Of a stretch of DNA of 64,000 nucleotides, positions 19,701-27,537 are shown one piece after another. The DNA is from an uncultured Acidobacteriota bacterium (GTDB taxonomy: Bacteria > Acidobacteriota > Thermoanaerobaculia > Multivoradales > JAHEKO01): assembly GCA_963713825.1 (NCBI GenBank), contig CAVQNG010000025.1:832001-896000 (forward strand). Reading direction: 5' to 3'. The translations under genes were made by a program, and so were the position numbers. Each line of letters opens with the position of its first letter. Within the stretch, counting starts at the first letter, position 1. Under the pieces are notes generated by a model. The model was not told where the DNA came from. It made no database searches and saw nothing but the letters and a program-made list of their open reading frames with translations.

Positions 19701-20228
19701 GGCGATCCTGATCAGAGCCCGGGACCGTTCCAGTTCTGCATTGGAGGCCCGCTCGAGGCCCTCCTCTTCCAGGACTTCGTCGATGGCTTCTGCCAGGGCC
19801 GGGTCGAACCCGGCATCCATGAGGTCTTCGATCGGACGCACCACCGAGGTGTAGCCATCATGTAGATGGTCGAGCGAGCGCCGCAGGGAGGGTTCCTGTG
19901 AGGCCAATCGCCGCACCAGAATGGGCAGCAGGTCGGCACCTCCCTGGTCGATCCCTGCGGTTCGAGAAGCGATGTCTCTGGCGATCCCGTAGAGAGTCAG
20001 ACACTGGATCCCAGCCGAGGCCCCTCGCTGATGGGCCACGATTCGGTCCAGGAGATGCAACCGGAGACTTTTCGAGGGGACTACGACCAGAAGGGGCTGC
20101 GCCAGAGCTTCATCGCCGGCACTCTCGAGCTCGTCGTCGAGGTCTGCAAGCAACAGCCGCTCGCAGGCCATGGGTCCACGACCTACCCGAAGTCTGGGCC
20201 TTTGGGCTGGGCGAATCCCTTCGTGCAC
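16794..20228 (-). CDS. addB: AddB-like inactive helicase with PD-(D/E)XK nuclease and Fe-S staple
   Basis: Degenerate helicase motifs, ARGRTFEHLFVAGLNRGVFP, ACPWQTFL, RADRVD...VDYKTG, and CDFC-x5-C (4 Cys in total). TGATG coupling to addA. Confidence 0.8.
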   Translation of the reverse strand: MHEGIRPAQRPRLRVGRGPMACERLLLADLDDELESAGDEALAQPLLVVVPSKSLRLHLLDRIVAHQRGASAGIQCLTLYGIARDIASRTAGIDQGGADLLPILVRRLASQEPSLRRSLDHLHDGYTSVVRPIEDLMDAGFDPALAEAIDEVLEEEGLERASNAELERSRALIRIASRCAENLFEEGDTRPSSLMRHAAEWIRAHPEAVAARKVLVYGFADATGVATDLIQALLEAKPGILYLDRPPDPAWPEETDEGIAFGRRFEERLFLVTGDADIEPTSHPRGSIQLFRSLGGQAEIRHIADQIRLLLDGGARPESIGVVARQLDPYVSILRTQFWRMGIPFSAIGAGGPRTEFGRRVGAVLDVLKQGSSAPVERWLDASLAWSEKDSFDLKLALYGFGAARLEETADLELARDTADNSLPLPVHGTFSEHEDAEGIPNRNLERRTIPGLEVVRARHEARRICQRLDRWYKVKTLEQHANELRGFLLDDLQWPADGEEALVLNRTADRLLEQTRATLPLTFDELVTWLDSGWSELGRDSLGGDGGGVQVLDVTEARGRTFEHLFVAGLNRGVFPRVVREDPLLPDSLRQVMSREGYGVLPDLARKLAGFSEERFLFAQLLASSPAVTLSWQGVDDDGSPLSVSPLVERMRWSEAAQNLQEWRDPPTVQPLFTLTPKAEFNGSRISRPAYEHAVNAAIWRPREDLEGFLSAAMAESTRTPVDWKYIDQAELLPAISSPDRLARARLRVLGELDPVRGGGEGELTFGRLGPFFGFVGPILDDQDLRAGRRLYVTALEALAACPWQTFLERLLRLEALPDPLEILPGISPVLVGDLVHRCLERIVRSQLPTPATDLETARSMAPHTVKWPADRELDDLLDRQAELVARRHGIGMRGFSKMLARVARPYLDQACHLEWASGVGVPTVAVEIEGRLTLRLEDGEEQDLHFRADRVDIDGGHENLVDYKTGRNDISTAATGATRQKNLIKRIRAGKSLQAIAYAQAAGTPRSRGRYLFLKPDIEGPEAARDIGIDNGNEEAQRAFHRATSTLIDAWRQGSFLPRLIEADRDKAPRRCDFCEVAEACLRHDSGARGRLRTWMAEHLETYVVGPDEPASAERSGIGIWVLDSKRLAELDEADRAGDGNS

Positions 20229-20237
20229 AATGTCGCT

Positions 20238-20266
20238 ATGCGAGCATGCCGACAGGGCACTGTCAA
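20238..20266 (-). promoter_or_regulatory. Putative sigma-70 promoter of addBA
   Basis: Minus strand TTGACA (20266-20261), 17 nt spacer ending in TGC, then TCGCAT (20243-20238), which ends 9 nt before the GTG at 20228. Confidence 0.55.
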
Positions 20267-20568
20267 TAGAGACTCTCTATCCGGAGCACCGTACGGACAA
20301 GATTGGTGGCAAACGGTCGATCGCCTCTCACCTGAGCGTCGAGACTAGATGGCAGAAGGACAGTGGCCATTGGGACCTCGTTGCATCTCGGATCCCACGT
20401 CTACGGTCCGGCTTCTGGGACAGCTGAACGCTGCCAGATACTAGCTCAGATCGAGCCAGGGAGAGGATCTGATGCCAGTCGAGAGATCCTGAATGAGGCC
20501 CTGACCGTGTAGGCTTGATGTAGGCTATGGCGAGGCTCTGAGGGTTGACCGGGCCGAGAGAGGAGACC

Positions 20569-21870
20569 ATGGGGGAGCTGATACTGATCGTAGACGACGA
20601 GCCGGGCATCCTGACCGCGCTGGCCGGCGTCTTGAACGATGAGGGATACGAGACGGCCTGCACCCAGAGTGGGGAAGAGGCTCTGACTTTGTACGAGGAA
20701 CAACACCCGGCGGTCGTCTTTCTCGATATCTGGCTGCCCGACCGGGATGGGCTGGAAACACTACAGGCTCTCCGGGAAGCGGACCCGGCGGCCGCCGTGG
20801 TCATGATGTCGGGACATGGCACGGCCTCGACGGCTGTCAAAGCGATCAAGATGGGTGCCTTCGACTACGTCGAAAAGCCCATCTCCTACAACCAGGTCGT
20901 GGATAGCGTAGTGGGCGCTCTGAAATATCGTCAGTCTCTTGCCTCCGATGCTTCACTTCTGAGCTCCCTGGAGCGGACGAAGACCCGGCTCGACCAGGAA
21001 CGAAATCTGACGCCGGCACCGGAGCTGCCCCTGCTCCAAGAGGGTACACAGCCTCAGCGCACCATCCATAAGAGCGTTGTCTTATACGGTCTCGGCTTGC
21101 ACTCGGGTCGTCGGACCGGAATGGCCATCCAACCGCTACCCCCGAACAGTGGCATCCACTTCGTTACGCTACCCGCCAATACCCACATCCCGGCGTTTGT
21201 CGGCGAGGTCGCCGAAACCGACTACGCCACGACGGTCTCCAGCAACGGCGACAGCATCCGGACGGTGGAGCATCTGCTGTCGGCGCTGCACGCCTATGGC
21301 GTTACCAATCTACTGATCAAGGTGCATGGGGAGATCCCGGTTCTGGACGGCTCGGCGCTGGAGTTCTGCAAGTCGCTGGAGGATGCCGGAGTCGAAGAGC
21401 AGAACGAGCCACGCAAGGAGCTCGTCATCGATCGCCGCTACGAGGTCGGGGACAACGAAGAGAAGGTCTTGTCGGTGGAACCTTCCGACGATTTCTCGAT
21501 TTCCTATCGGCTGAGCTATCCGCCTCCCGTTGGGGAGCAGTCCTTCGACTTTCGCCTCACGACCCCTCAGCAGTACAGACAGGAGATCGCACCGGCCCGA
21601 ACTTTCGGGTTCATGCGTGACATGAAGATGATGAACGAGCTCGGACTGGCTTCGGGTGGAAGGCTGGACAACTGCATTCTGGTCGGTGAGGACAACGTGA
21701 TCAACACAGAGCTTCGATTCGCGGACGAGTTCGTCAGGCACAAGATTCTGGACATCATTGGGGACCTCTACCTGTTGGGCTATCCGATCCGAGGACGGGT
21801 GACCGCTCAGCTGACCGGGCATCGCAATAACATCGCGCTGCTGCGTACGATTCAGGAGGCCAACGTCTGA
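20569..21870 (+). CDS. lpxC: Receiver domain-LpxC fusion (UDP-3-O-acyl-GlcNAc deacetylase)
   Basis: N-terminal REC domain (IVDDE, LDIWLP, MSGHG, YVEKP). It is followed by QRTI..GLGLHSG, TVEHLLSAL, EIPVLDGSA, IAPARTFGF, HKILDIIGDL and GH. RBS AGGAG. Confidence 0.92.
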   Translation: MGELILIVDDEPGILTALAGVLNDEGYETACTQSGEEALTLYEEQHPAVVFLDIWLPDRDGLETLQALREADPAAAVVMMSGHGTASTAVKAIKMGAFDYVEKPISYNQVVDSVVGALKYRQSLASDASLLSSLERTKTRLDQERNLTPAPELPLLQEGTQPQRTIHKSVVLYGLGLHSGRRTGMAIQPLPPNSGIHFVTLPANTHIPAFVGEVAETDYATTVSSNGDSIRTVEHLLSALHAYGVTNLLIKVHGEIPVLDGSALEFCKSLEDAGVEEQNEPRKELVIDRRYEVGDNEEKVLSVEPSDDFSISYRLSYPPPVGEQSFDFRLTTPQQYRQEIAPARTFGFMRDMKMMNELGLASGGRLDNCILVGEDNVINTELRFADEFVRHKILDIIGDLYLLGYPIRGRVTAQLTGHRNNIALLRTIQEANV

Positions 21871-23369
21871 CTCTGGAGCACTCGAAGGTTTGTATGGTGG
21901 CAGCGGAAGCCGTACCGTTTGCCAAAGTCGGAGGCCTGGGTGACTTCACGCCGGCGCTGGCCCAGAATCTGAGCCTGGTCGGGCACGAGGTGCGTCTGTT
22001 CTTCCCCTTCTACGGGAGCATCGACCGCCACTCCCTGGATTTCGGACCGGTAGAGTTCCTGCAAGACGTCGAAGTCGAGATGGGTGCACGGGTCATTCAG
22101 TTCTCGGTCATGTACACGTGGCTTGCGGGCAGCTCTCTGCAGGTCTATCTCGTCGATTGCCCCGAGCTCTACCATCGACCGGGTGTCTATACCGAGGATC
22201 CGGACGAGGTGGTTCGATTCGGTTTGCTGTGCCGGGCGGCTCTCGAGAGCTGTCAGCGGATGGGCTGGTCCCCCGACATCATCCACTGCAACGACTGGCA
22301 CACGGCCTTGATCCCCACCTATCTTCGTGCACTCTACGCATGGGACGAGCTGCTGGCAGGCGCCAAGACCGTGCTCACCATGCACAATGTTGGTTATCAG
22401 GGGATCTTCAGCGCCTCGGTGCTAGAGGATCTCGGGCTGGCAGACTACTCCTCCTACTTCGATGCCGAGGACTTGCAGTCGGGCACGGTAAATCTCCTGA
22501 AGACGGGGCTACTGCATGCCGACCAGCTGACCACGGTGAGTCCGACGCACGCCGAGGAGATCCAGACACCCGAGTTTGGTATGGGGCTGGAGAGCTTGCT
22601 GCGATCCCGCTCCGACCGGCTGGAAGGAATCTTGAATGGTGTCGACTATGGCGAGTGGAATCCGGCTACCGACTCGCTGATTCCGTTCAACTACTCGGCA
22701 GAAGATCTGAGTGGCAAAGAGCGCAACAAGCGGGCGCTGATGCAGGATCTGTCACTGCCCTACGATCCGCAGGCGCCGGTCCTGGGCGTCGTCTCTCGGC
22801 TCGTGCACCAGAAGGGGATCGACCTTCTCGAGGGCGCATTACCAGAGCTTCTGGACTCGTTGGACCTCCGTCTGGTGGTTCTGGGAACCGGGGAACCGCA
22901 GTTCGAATCGATGTTTCGGTCGCTGCACAACCAATTCCCGCGCAAGGTGTCGTTCTACAGGGGCTATAGCAACGAGTTGGCCCATCGAATCGAAGCCGGG
23001 AGTGACCTGTTCCTGATGCCCTCACTCTACGAGCCCTGCGGGCTGAATCAGATGTACAGCCTGCACTACGGCACCGTACCCGTCGTGCGGGCCACCGGTG
23101 GCCTGGCCGATTCCATCCAGCCTTGGGATCCCAGGGCCGGTACCGGTACCGGCTTTCTGTTCGAGGAGTACTCGAGCGAGGCCCTGTCCGAAGCCGTCCA
23201 TCGCGCACTCAATGCCTTTCGGGACCAACCCGCTTGGCGCAAGCTGATGCTCAACGGTATGGGCCAGGATTTCTCCTGGAGAAAGCAGGTCGGGAAGTAC
23301 GAAGCGCTTTACGAGCGCGTGCTGCAGAGGGCGGATGAGCGACCTTCTAGCTCCCAGCTCGAGATCTGA
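21867..23369 (+). CDS. glgA: Glycogen synthase
   Basis: Motifs EAVPFAKVGGLGD, HCNDWHT, TMHNVGYQG, TVSPT, GILNGVD, SRLVHQKG, MPSLYEPCGLNQ. The start is either CTG 21867 (AGGAGG 7 nt upstream) or ATG 21894. Confidence 0.95.
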   Translation: MTLEHSKVCMVAAEAVPFAKVGGLGDFTPALAQNLSLVGHEVRLFFPFYGSIDRHSLDFGPVEFLQDVEVEMGARVIQFSVMYTWLAGSSLQVYLVDCPELYHRPGVYTEDPDEVVRFGLLCRAALESCQRMGWSPDIIHCNDWHTALIPTYLRALYAWDELLAGAKTVLTMHNVGYQGIFSASVLEDLGLADYSSYFDAEDLQSGTVNLLKTGLLHADQLTTVSPTHAEEIQTPEFGMGLESLLRSRSDRLEGILNGVDYGEWNPATDSLIPFNYSAEDLSGKERNKRALMQDLSLPYDPQAPVLGVVSRLVHQKGIDLLEGALPELLDSLDLRLVVLGTGEPQFESMFRSLHNQFPRKVSFYRGYSNELAHRIEAGSDLFLMPSLYEPCGLNQMYSLHYGTVPVVRATGGLADSIQPWDPRAGTGTGFLFEEYSSEALSEAVHRALNAFRDQPAWRKLMLNGMGQDFSWRKQVGKYEALYERVLQRADERPSSSQLEI

Positions 23370-23387
23370 CGTCGCTCAGGACTACTA

Positions 23388-24494
23388 CTACTCCAACCCC
23401 TCTTTGGTCTCCGCGACCAGGTGGTCGACGACCGCCTCCAGATCTCCCGTCTCCTGATAGACGGCCAGCTGCCGATCGGCGCTCGTCCCCTCTTTGAGGA
23501 TCGTGTGCACGTACTCGACTTCCTTGCGAACGTTGAGCTCGTCGACGACGTCCTCGATGATCTCCAGAAGCTCGCAAATCAGGTCCCGGGCCGGTACTTC
23601 CCGGCCGCGTCCGAAGTCGATCAGGTTGCCCTGAATACCGTAGCGGACGGCCCGCCATTTGTTCTCTTCGATCAGATGATGACGGTAGCGGCGCCACGAG
23701 CGATTCGACTGTCGAAGGCGGATGAGTTTGCCGACGATGGCCAGCATGAGGGCCGCCAGACAGATGGCTTCGTCCACCTTGGTGCAGATGTCGCAGACTC
23801 GAAACTCGAGTGTCGGGAAGTTCGGGTGTGGGCGAATGTCCCACCAGATTGTGGTGGCATCTTGAATGCTGCCCGTCTTGACCAATAGGTCGACGAATCG
23901 TTGATGCTCGGCCCAGGACTGGAACGAAGGCGGTGGTCCGGATCGCGGTAGACCCTCGAAAACAATGGACCGATAGGACTTGAGGCCGGTGTTCCGACCA
24001 TGCCAGAAGGGTGAGCTGGTCGACAGCGCCAGCAGATGAGGCAGGAAGTATCGGGCCTGATCCATGACGTCGATCATCAGCTCGCGATCGTCGATCCCGA
24101 TGTGGACGTGCATCCCGAAGATGAGCATCCGTCGGGCTACTTCGGCCATCTGCTCGAGGTGGCGCGAGTAGCGCTCCATCTCGGTGACTTCTTGGTTCTT
24201 CCAACTCGAGAAGGGGTGCGTGCTGGCAGCCAACACCTGGAGCCCGTTGGACTCGGCGAGCTCGGCCACCGACTGGCGCAGTCGCACCAGCTCGGAGCGA
24301 GCCTCTTGCATGTCATGACAGATGCGACTGCCAACCTCGACCTGGGACTGCAGTAGCTCGGCCTTGATCTGATCTTTGAGTACCAACTGTCCCTGCTCGA
24401 GGATCTCCTGGATGTAGGAGGTCAGCTCGCAAGTGGCCGGGTCGATGACCTGGTACTCCTCTTCGATTCCGATGGTGAGCTTGGGTAGCGCCAT
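23388..24494 (-). CDS. YbdK-type carboxylate-amine ligase (GCS2 family)
   Basis: Motifs TIGIEEEYQ, ASTHPFS, FGMHVHIG, LALSTSSPFW, WWDIRP, LEFRVCD, ENKWRAVRYG. RBS GGAGGAG. Confidence 0.92.
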   Translation of the reverse strand: MALPKLTIGIEEEYQVIDPATCELTSYIQEILEQGQLVLKDQIKAELLQSQVEVGSRICHDMQEARSELVRLRQSVAELAESNGLQVLAASTHPFSSWKNQEVTEMERYSRHLEQMAEVARRMLIFGMHVHIGIDDRELMIDVMDQARYFLPHLLALSTSSPFWHGRNTGLKSYRSIVFEGLPRSGPPPSFQSWAEHQRFVDLLVKTGSIQDATTIWWDIRPHPNFPTLEFRVCDICTKVDEAICLAALMLAIVGKLIRLRQSNRSWRRYRHHLIEENKWRAVRYGIQGNLIDFGRGREVPARDLICELLEIIEDVVDELNVRKEVEYVHTILKEGTSADRQLAVYQETGDLEAVVDHLVAETKEGLE

Positions 24495-24636
24495 GGGGAT
24501 CTCCTCCGCAGTGCCGTCACGAATGCCGGCAGTGTAGCACCTGCGCGGCCTCGGCGATCGATGCCGGGCTCCCAGGCGCGTGCTACGATTATCGCTCGTC
24601 AGTCCTGCATGACTGCCTCAGCCTGCATCTCCGGCT

Positions 24637-27063
24637 ATGACGTCTGAGAACACCATGTCGCCTCAGGAGCGCGTCACGTTTCACTTCACTCGCGAGAGCA
24701 TCGTTCGCGACTACCGGATCGCCTACCAGAGTCGACAGGCCAGCCTCCTTGGCCGCAAGGAGGTGCTCACCGGCAAGGCCAAATTCGGCATTTTCGGTGA
24801 TGGCAAGGAAGTGGCTCAGGTCGCTCTGGCGCGGGCCTTCCGCAAAGGCGACTTTCGGTCGGGCTACTACAGGGATCAAACCCTGATGTTTGCGCTGGGG
24901 CTGCTGAGAATCGACGAGTTTTTCGCGCAGCTCTATGCCGATTCCGAGCCGGATCGAGATCCGTCGTCGGGCGGCCGACAAATGAACTCGCACTTCGCGA
25001 CTCGACTGCTGACCGAAGACGGCAACTGGAAGCCGCTGACGGACTCGTTCAATTCGACAGCCGATCTGTCACCGACGGGAGCGCAGATGCCGCGCCTCGT
25101 TGGTTTGGCGTTTGCTTCGAGACTCTACCGGCACCTGGAAGGGCTCGATCACTTGAGCGGATTCTCGAAGCATGGAGATGAGATCGCCTTCGGGACCATC
25201 GGTGACGCCAGCTGCGCAGAAGGGGTCTTCTGGGAATCCGTCAACGCTGCTGGCGCTCTGAAGGCTCCCATGTTGCTGTCGATTTGGGACGATGGCTACG
25301 GTATCTCGGTGCCGACCGAGTTTCACATCACGAAGGGCCATTTGTCGTCGATTCTGCGGGGCTTCCAGCGTGCCCCGGGCGACGACGAGGGGTTCGATCT
25401 CTACACCGTCAAGGGCTGGGACTATCCAGCCTTGTGCGAGACGTACCTCAATGCCGCCGAAGTCGTGCGGCGAGAGCATGTCCCTGCCATCGTCCATGTG
25501 GCAGAGCTGACGCAGCCGCAAGGTCATTCCACCTCTGGAAGCCATGAGCGGTACAAGTCGGAGGAGAGGTTGGGCTGGGAGCGAGACCATGATTGCCTGG
25601 TTCGCATGCGGGAGTGGATGATCGAAGAGAAAATCGCGCCGCACGAAGAGCTGAGCCGTTTTGAAGACGAGGACCGGCAACTCGTCGAAGAGCTCCAACG
25701 TCGCGCTTGGGAGAGTTGTCGCAGGCCGGTCGAAGATGAGAAGAGGGTCCTGATCCAGCTGACTTCGGAGCTAGCCGAGGCCTCGGCCCATGAGGCCCAG
25801 ATCGAAGGCGTTCTGAAGCGCCTGGGGCGATTGGCCAATCCGCACCGGCGGGATCTCCTCGGGGCAGCGCAGGAGTCACTGATCCACACCCGTACGGAGA
25901 AGAGCCAGATTCGGGACCAACTGGTCGAGTGGCGCGACGAGATGGAGGAGGCCGGTTACCAACGCTACGGTAGCTATCTACACAGCGAGTCGGAGGCTTC
26001 GGCTCTCACGGTGGAGGTCGTCGAGGCACAGTTCAGCGACAGCTCTCCGCTTGTCAACGGCTTCGAAGTTCTCAATCGGTGCTTCGACGAGGCACTCGGC
26101 CGCTATCCCAACCTGGTGGCGTTCGGTGAGGATGTCGGGCAACTCGGTGACGTCAATCAGGGATTCATGGGACTGCAGGAGAAGTACGGTGACCTGAGGG
26201 TTTCGGACACCGGAATCCGCGAGGCTACGATCCTCGGTCAGGCCATCGGCATGGCATTGCGAGGTCTGCGCCCTCTGGCGGAGATTCAGTATCTCGACTA
26301 TGTACTCTACGCTTTACAGATCATGTCGGATGACCTGGCAACTCTGCACTGGCGTACGCGAGGCGGTCAGAAAGCTCCTGTGATCGTCCGTACACGCGGC
26401 CACCGGCTCGAGGGAATCTGGCACTCGGGCTCGATGATCTCCGGCATTCTGAATCTGGTCCGTGGAATGCACGTTTGCGTGCCCCGCAACATGGTGCAGG
26501 CAGCCGGCATGTTCAACACCCTGCTGCGGTCGGACGATCCGGCTCTGCTCATCGAGGTGTTGAACGGCTACAGGTTGAAAGAGCGTCTGCCGGACAATAT
26601 CGGCGAGTTCACGGTCCCCCTCGGTCGACCCGAAGTCCTCCGAGAAGGCCGGGATGTGACGCTGGTGACGTATGGAGCTTGCTGCCGCCTGGCGATCGAA
26701 GCAGCTGAAATGCTGACCCAGGTGGGAATCGACCTGGAGGTCATCGACGTCCAGACGCTCGATCCCTTCGATCTGGAGGGGAGGGTGAGGGCCTCTCTCG
26801 AGAAGACGAACCGCATCGTGTTTCTCGACGAGGACGTCCCCGGCGGCACGACCGCCTACATGATGCAAAAGGTCCTGGAGGTTCAGGGAGGGTTCGATTG
26901 GCTGGACGCTCCGCCCCGCACGTTGTCAGCGCAGGCACATCGACCGGCCTACGGGTCCGATGGTGACTACTTCTCCAAGCCCAACCGCGAGCAGATCTTC
27001 TCGACGGTCTACGACCTGATGCATCACTCAGACCCAGCCCGCTTTCCTTCACTCGGTACCTGA
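24637..27063 (+). CDS. 2-oxoacid dehydrogenase E1, fused alpha/beta (probably branched-chain type)
   Basis: Motifs GKAKFGIFGDGKE, GYYRDQT, GGRQMNSHF, TPP motif GDASCAEG, GHSTSGSH, FGEDVG, DTGIREATILG, AEIQYLDY, EVIDVQTL. Confidence 0.9.
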   Translation: MTSENTMSPQERVTFHFTRESIVRDYRIAYQSRQASLLGRKEVLTGKAKFGIFGDGKEVAQVALARAFRKGDFRSGYYRDQTLMFALGLLRIDEFFAQLYADSEPDRDPSSGGRQMNSHFATRLLTEDGNWKPLTDSFNSTADLSPTGAQMPRLVGLAFASRLYRHLEGLDHLSGFSKHGDEIAFGTIGDASCAEGVFWESVNAAGALKAPMLLSIWDDGYGISVPTEFHITKGHLSSILRGFQRAPGDDEGFDLYTVKGWDYPALCETYLNAAEVVRREHVPAIVHVAELTQPQGHSTSGSHERYKSEERLGWERDHDCLVRMREWMIEEKIAPHEELSRFEDEDRQLVEELQRRAWESCRRPVEDEKRVLIQLTSELAEASAHEAQIEGVLKRLGRLANPHRRDLLGAAQESLIHTRTEKSQIRDQLVEWRDEMEEAGYQRYGSYLHSESEASALTVEVVEAQFSDSSPLVNGFEVLNRCFDEALGRYPNLVAFGEDVGQLGDVNQGFMGLQEKYGDLRVSDTGIREATILGQAIGMALRGLRPLAEIQYLDYVLYALQIMSDDLATLHWRTRGGQKAPVIVRTRGHRLEGIWHSGSMISGILNLVRGMHVCVPRNMVQAAGMFNTLLRSDDPALLIEVLNGYRLKERLPDNIGEFTVPLGRPEVLREGRDVTLVTYGACCRLAIEAAEMLTQVGIDLEVIDVQTLDPFDLEGRVRASLEKTNRIVFLDEDVPGGTTAYMMQKVLEVQGGFDWLDAPPRTLSAQAHRPAYGSDGDYFSKPNREQIFSTVYDLMHHSDPARFPSLGT

Positions 27064-27133
27064 CAGCTGTCGACTTGAGGTCCGTCCGGGTGGTTTGCAG
27101 GAGTGCTGGGCCCCAGGATATCTGGCGGTCTTC

Positions 27134-27216
27134 GAGGGGTTCGACGCGTGGCCCCCAGGGGGCTATCCTCCCTTCCACAGCAACCAACCCCCTGGAGGTC
27201 CCCACGCCGAACCCTC
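27134..27216. repeat. Imperfect inverted repeat / REP-like hairpin A
   Basis: GAGGG-TTCG-GCGTGG-CC-CCAGGGGG (27134-27162) pairs with CCCCCTGG-GG-CCACGC-CGAA-CCCTC (27188-27216). Confidence 0.7.
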
Positions 27217-27256
27217 ACCCGTTGGAGAGACCTCGCACCGAGCTGTGGACCCCCAG

Positions 27257-27509
27257 GCCCTTACGCCCCTAAGCCCTTAGTGCCGTTACCGGTGCCAGAG
27301 GTTCGTCCGGATGGCCCGCCGGGGGACGGCGTCGGCTACTCAGACTGCAACGGGGGGCCGCCGCCTCGTCTCGTCATCGCGCCTCATCTCCTGTGAACTC
27401 TGACGGCTCTTGCGCTGCGCTCGACTCGGCGCCCCCTGTCGAACCACCCGAACGAACCTCTGGCACCGATGAGGGCTTAGGGATGTAGGGGCCTAAGGGC
27501 GTAAGGGGC
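27257..27509. repeat. ~250-bp palindromic (MITE/REP-like) element B
   Basis: Perfect 17-bp inverted repeat at 27290-27306 / 27452-27468 that extends imperfectly inward. The ends are inverted 8-nt degenerate tandem units (GCCCTTAC GCCCCTAA GCCCTTAG on the left; TAGGGATG TAGGGGCC TAAGGGCG TAAGGGGC on the right). Confidence 0.7.
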
Positions 27510-27537
27510 GAGTCAGTAGACGGATTCTTGACATGCT

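Noticed and set aside
20371-20385. TGGGACCTCGTTGCA, a sigma-54-like motif upstream of REC-lpxC
   Set aside because: Spacing is GG-N9-GC rather than the strictly required N10.
27257-27509. Short tandem units as a possible CRISPR array or iterons
   Set aside because: The units are only 8 nt, degenerate and have no spacers. No cas or rep genes are nearby.
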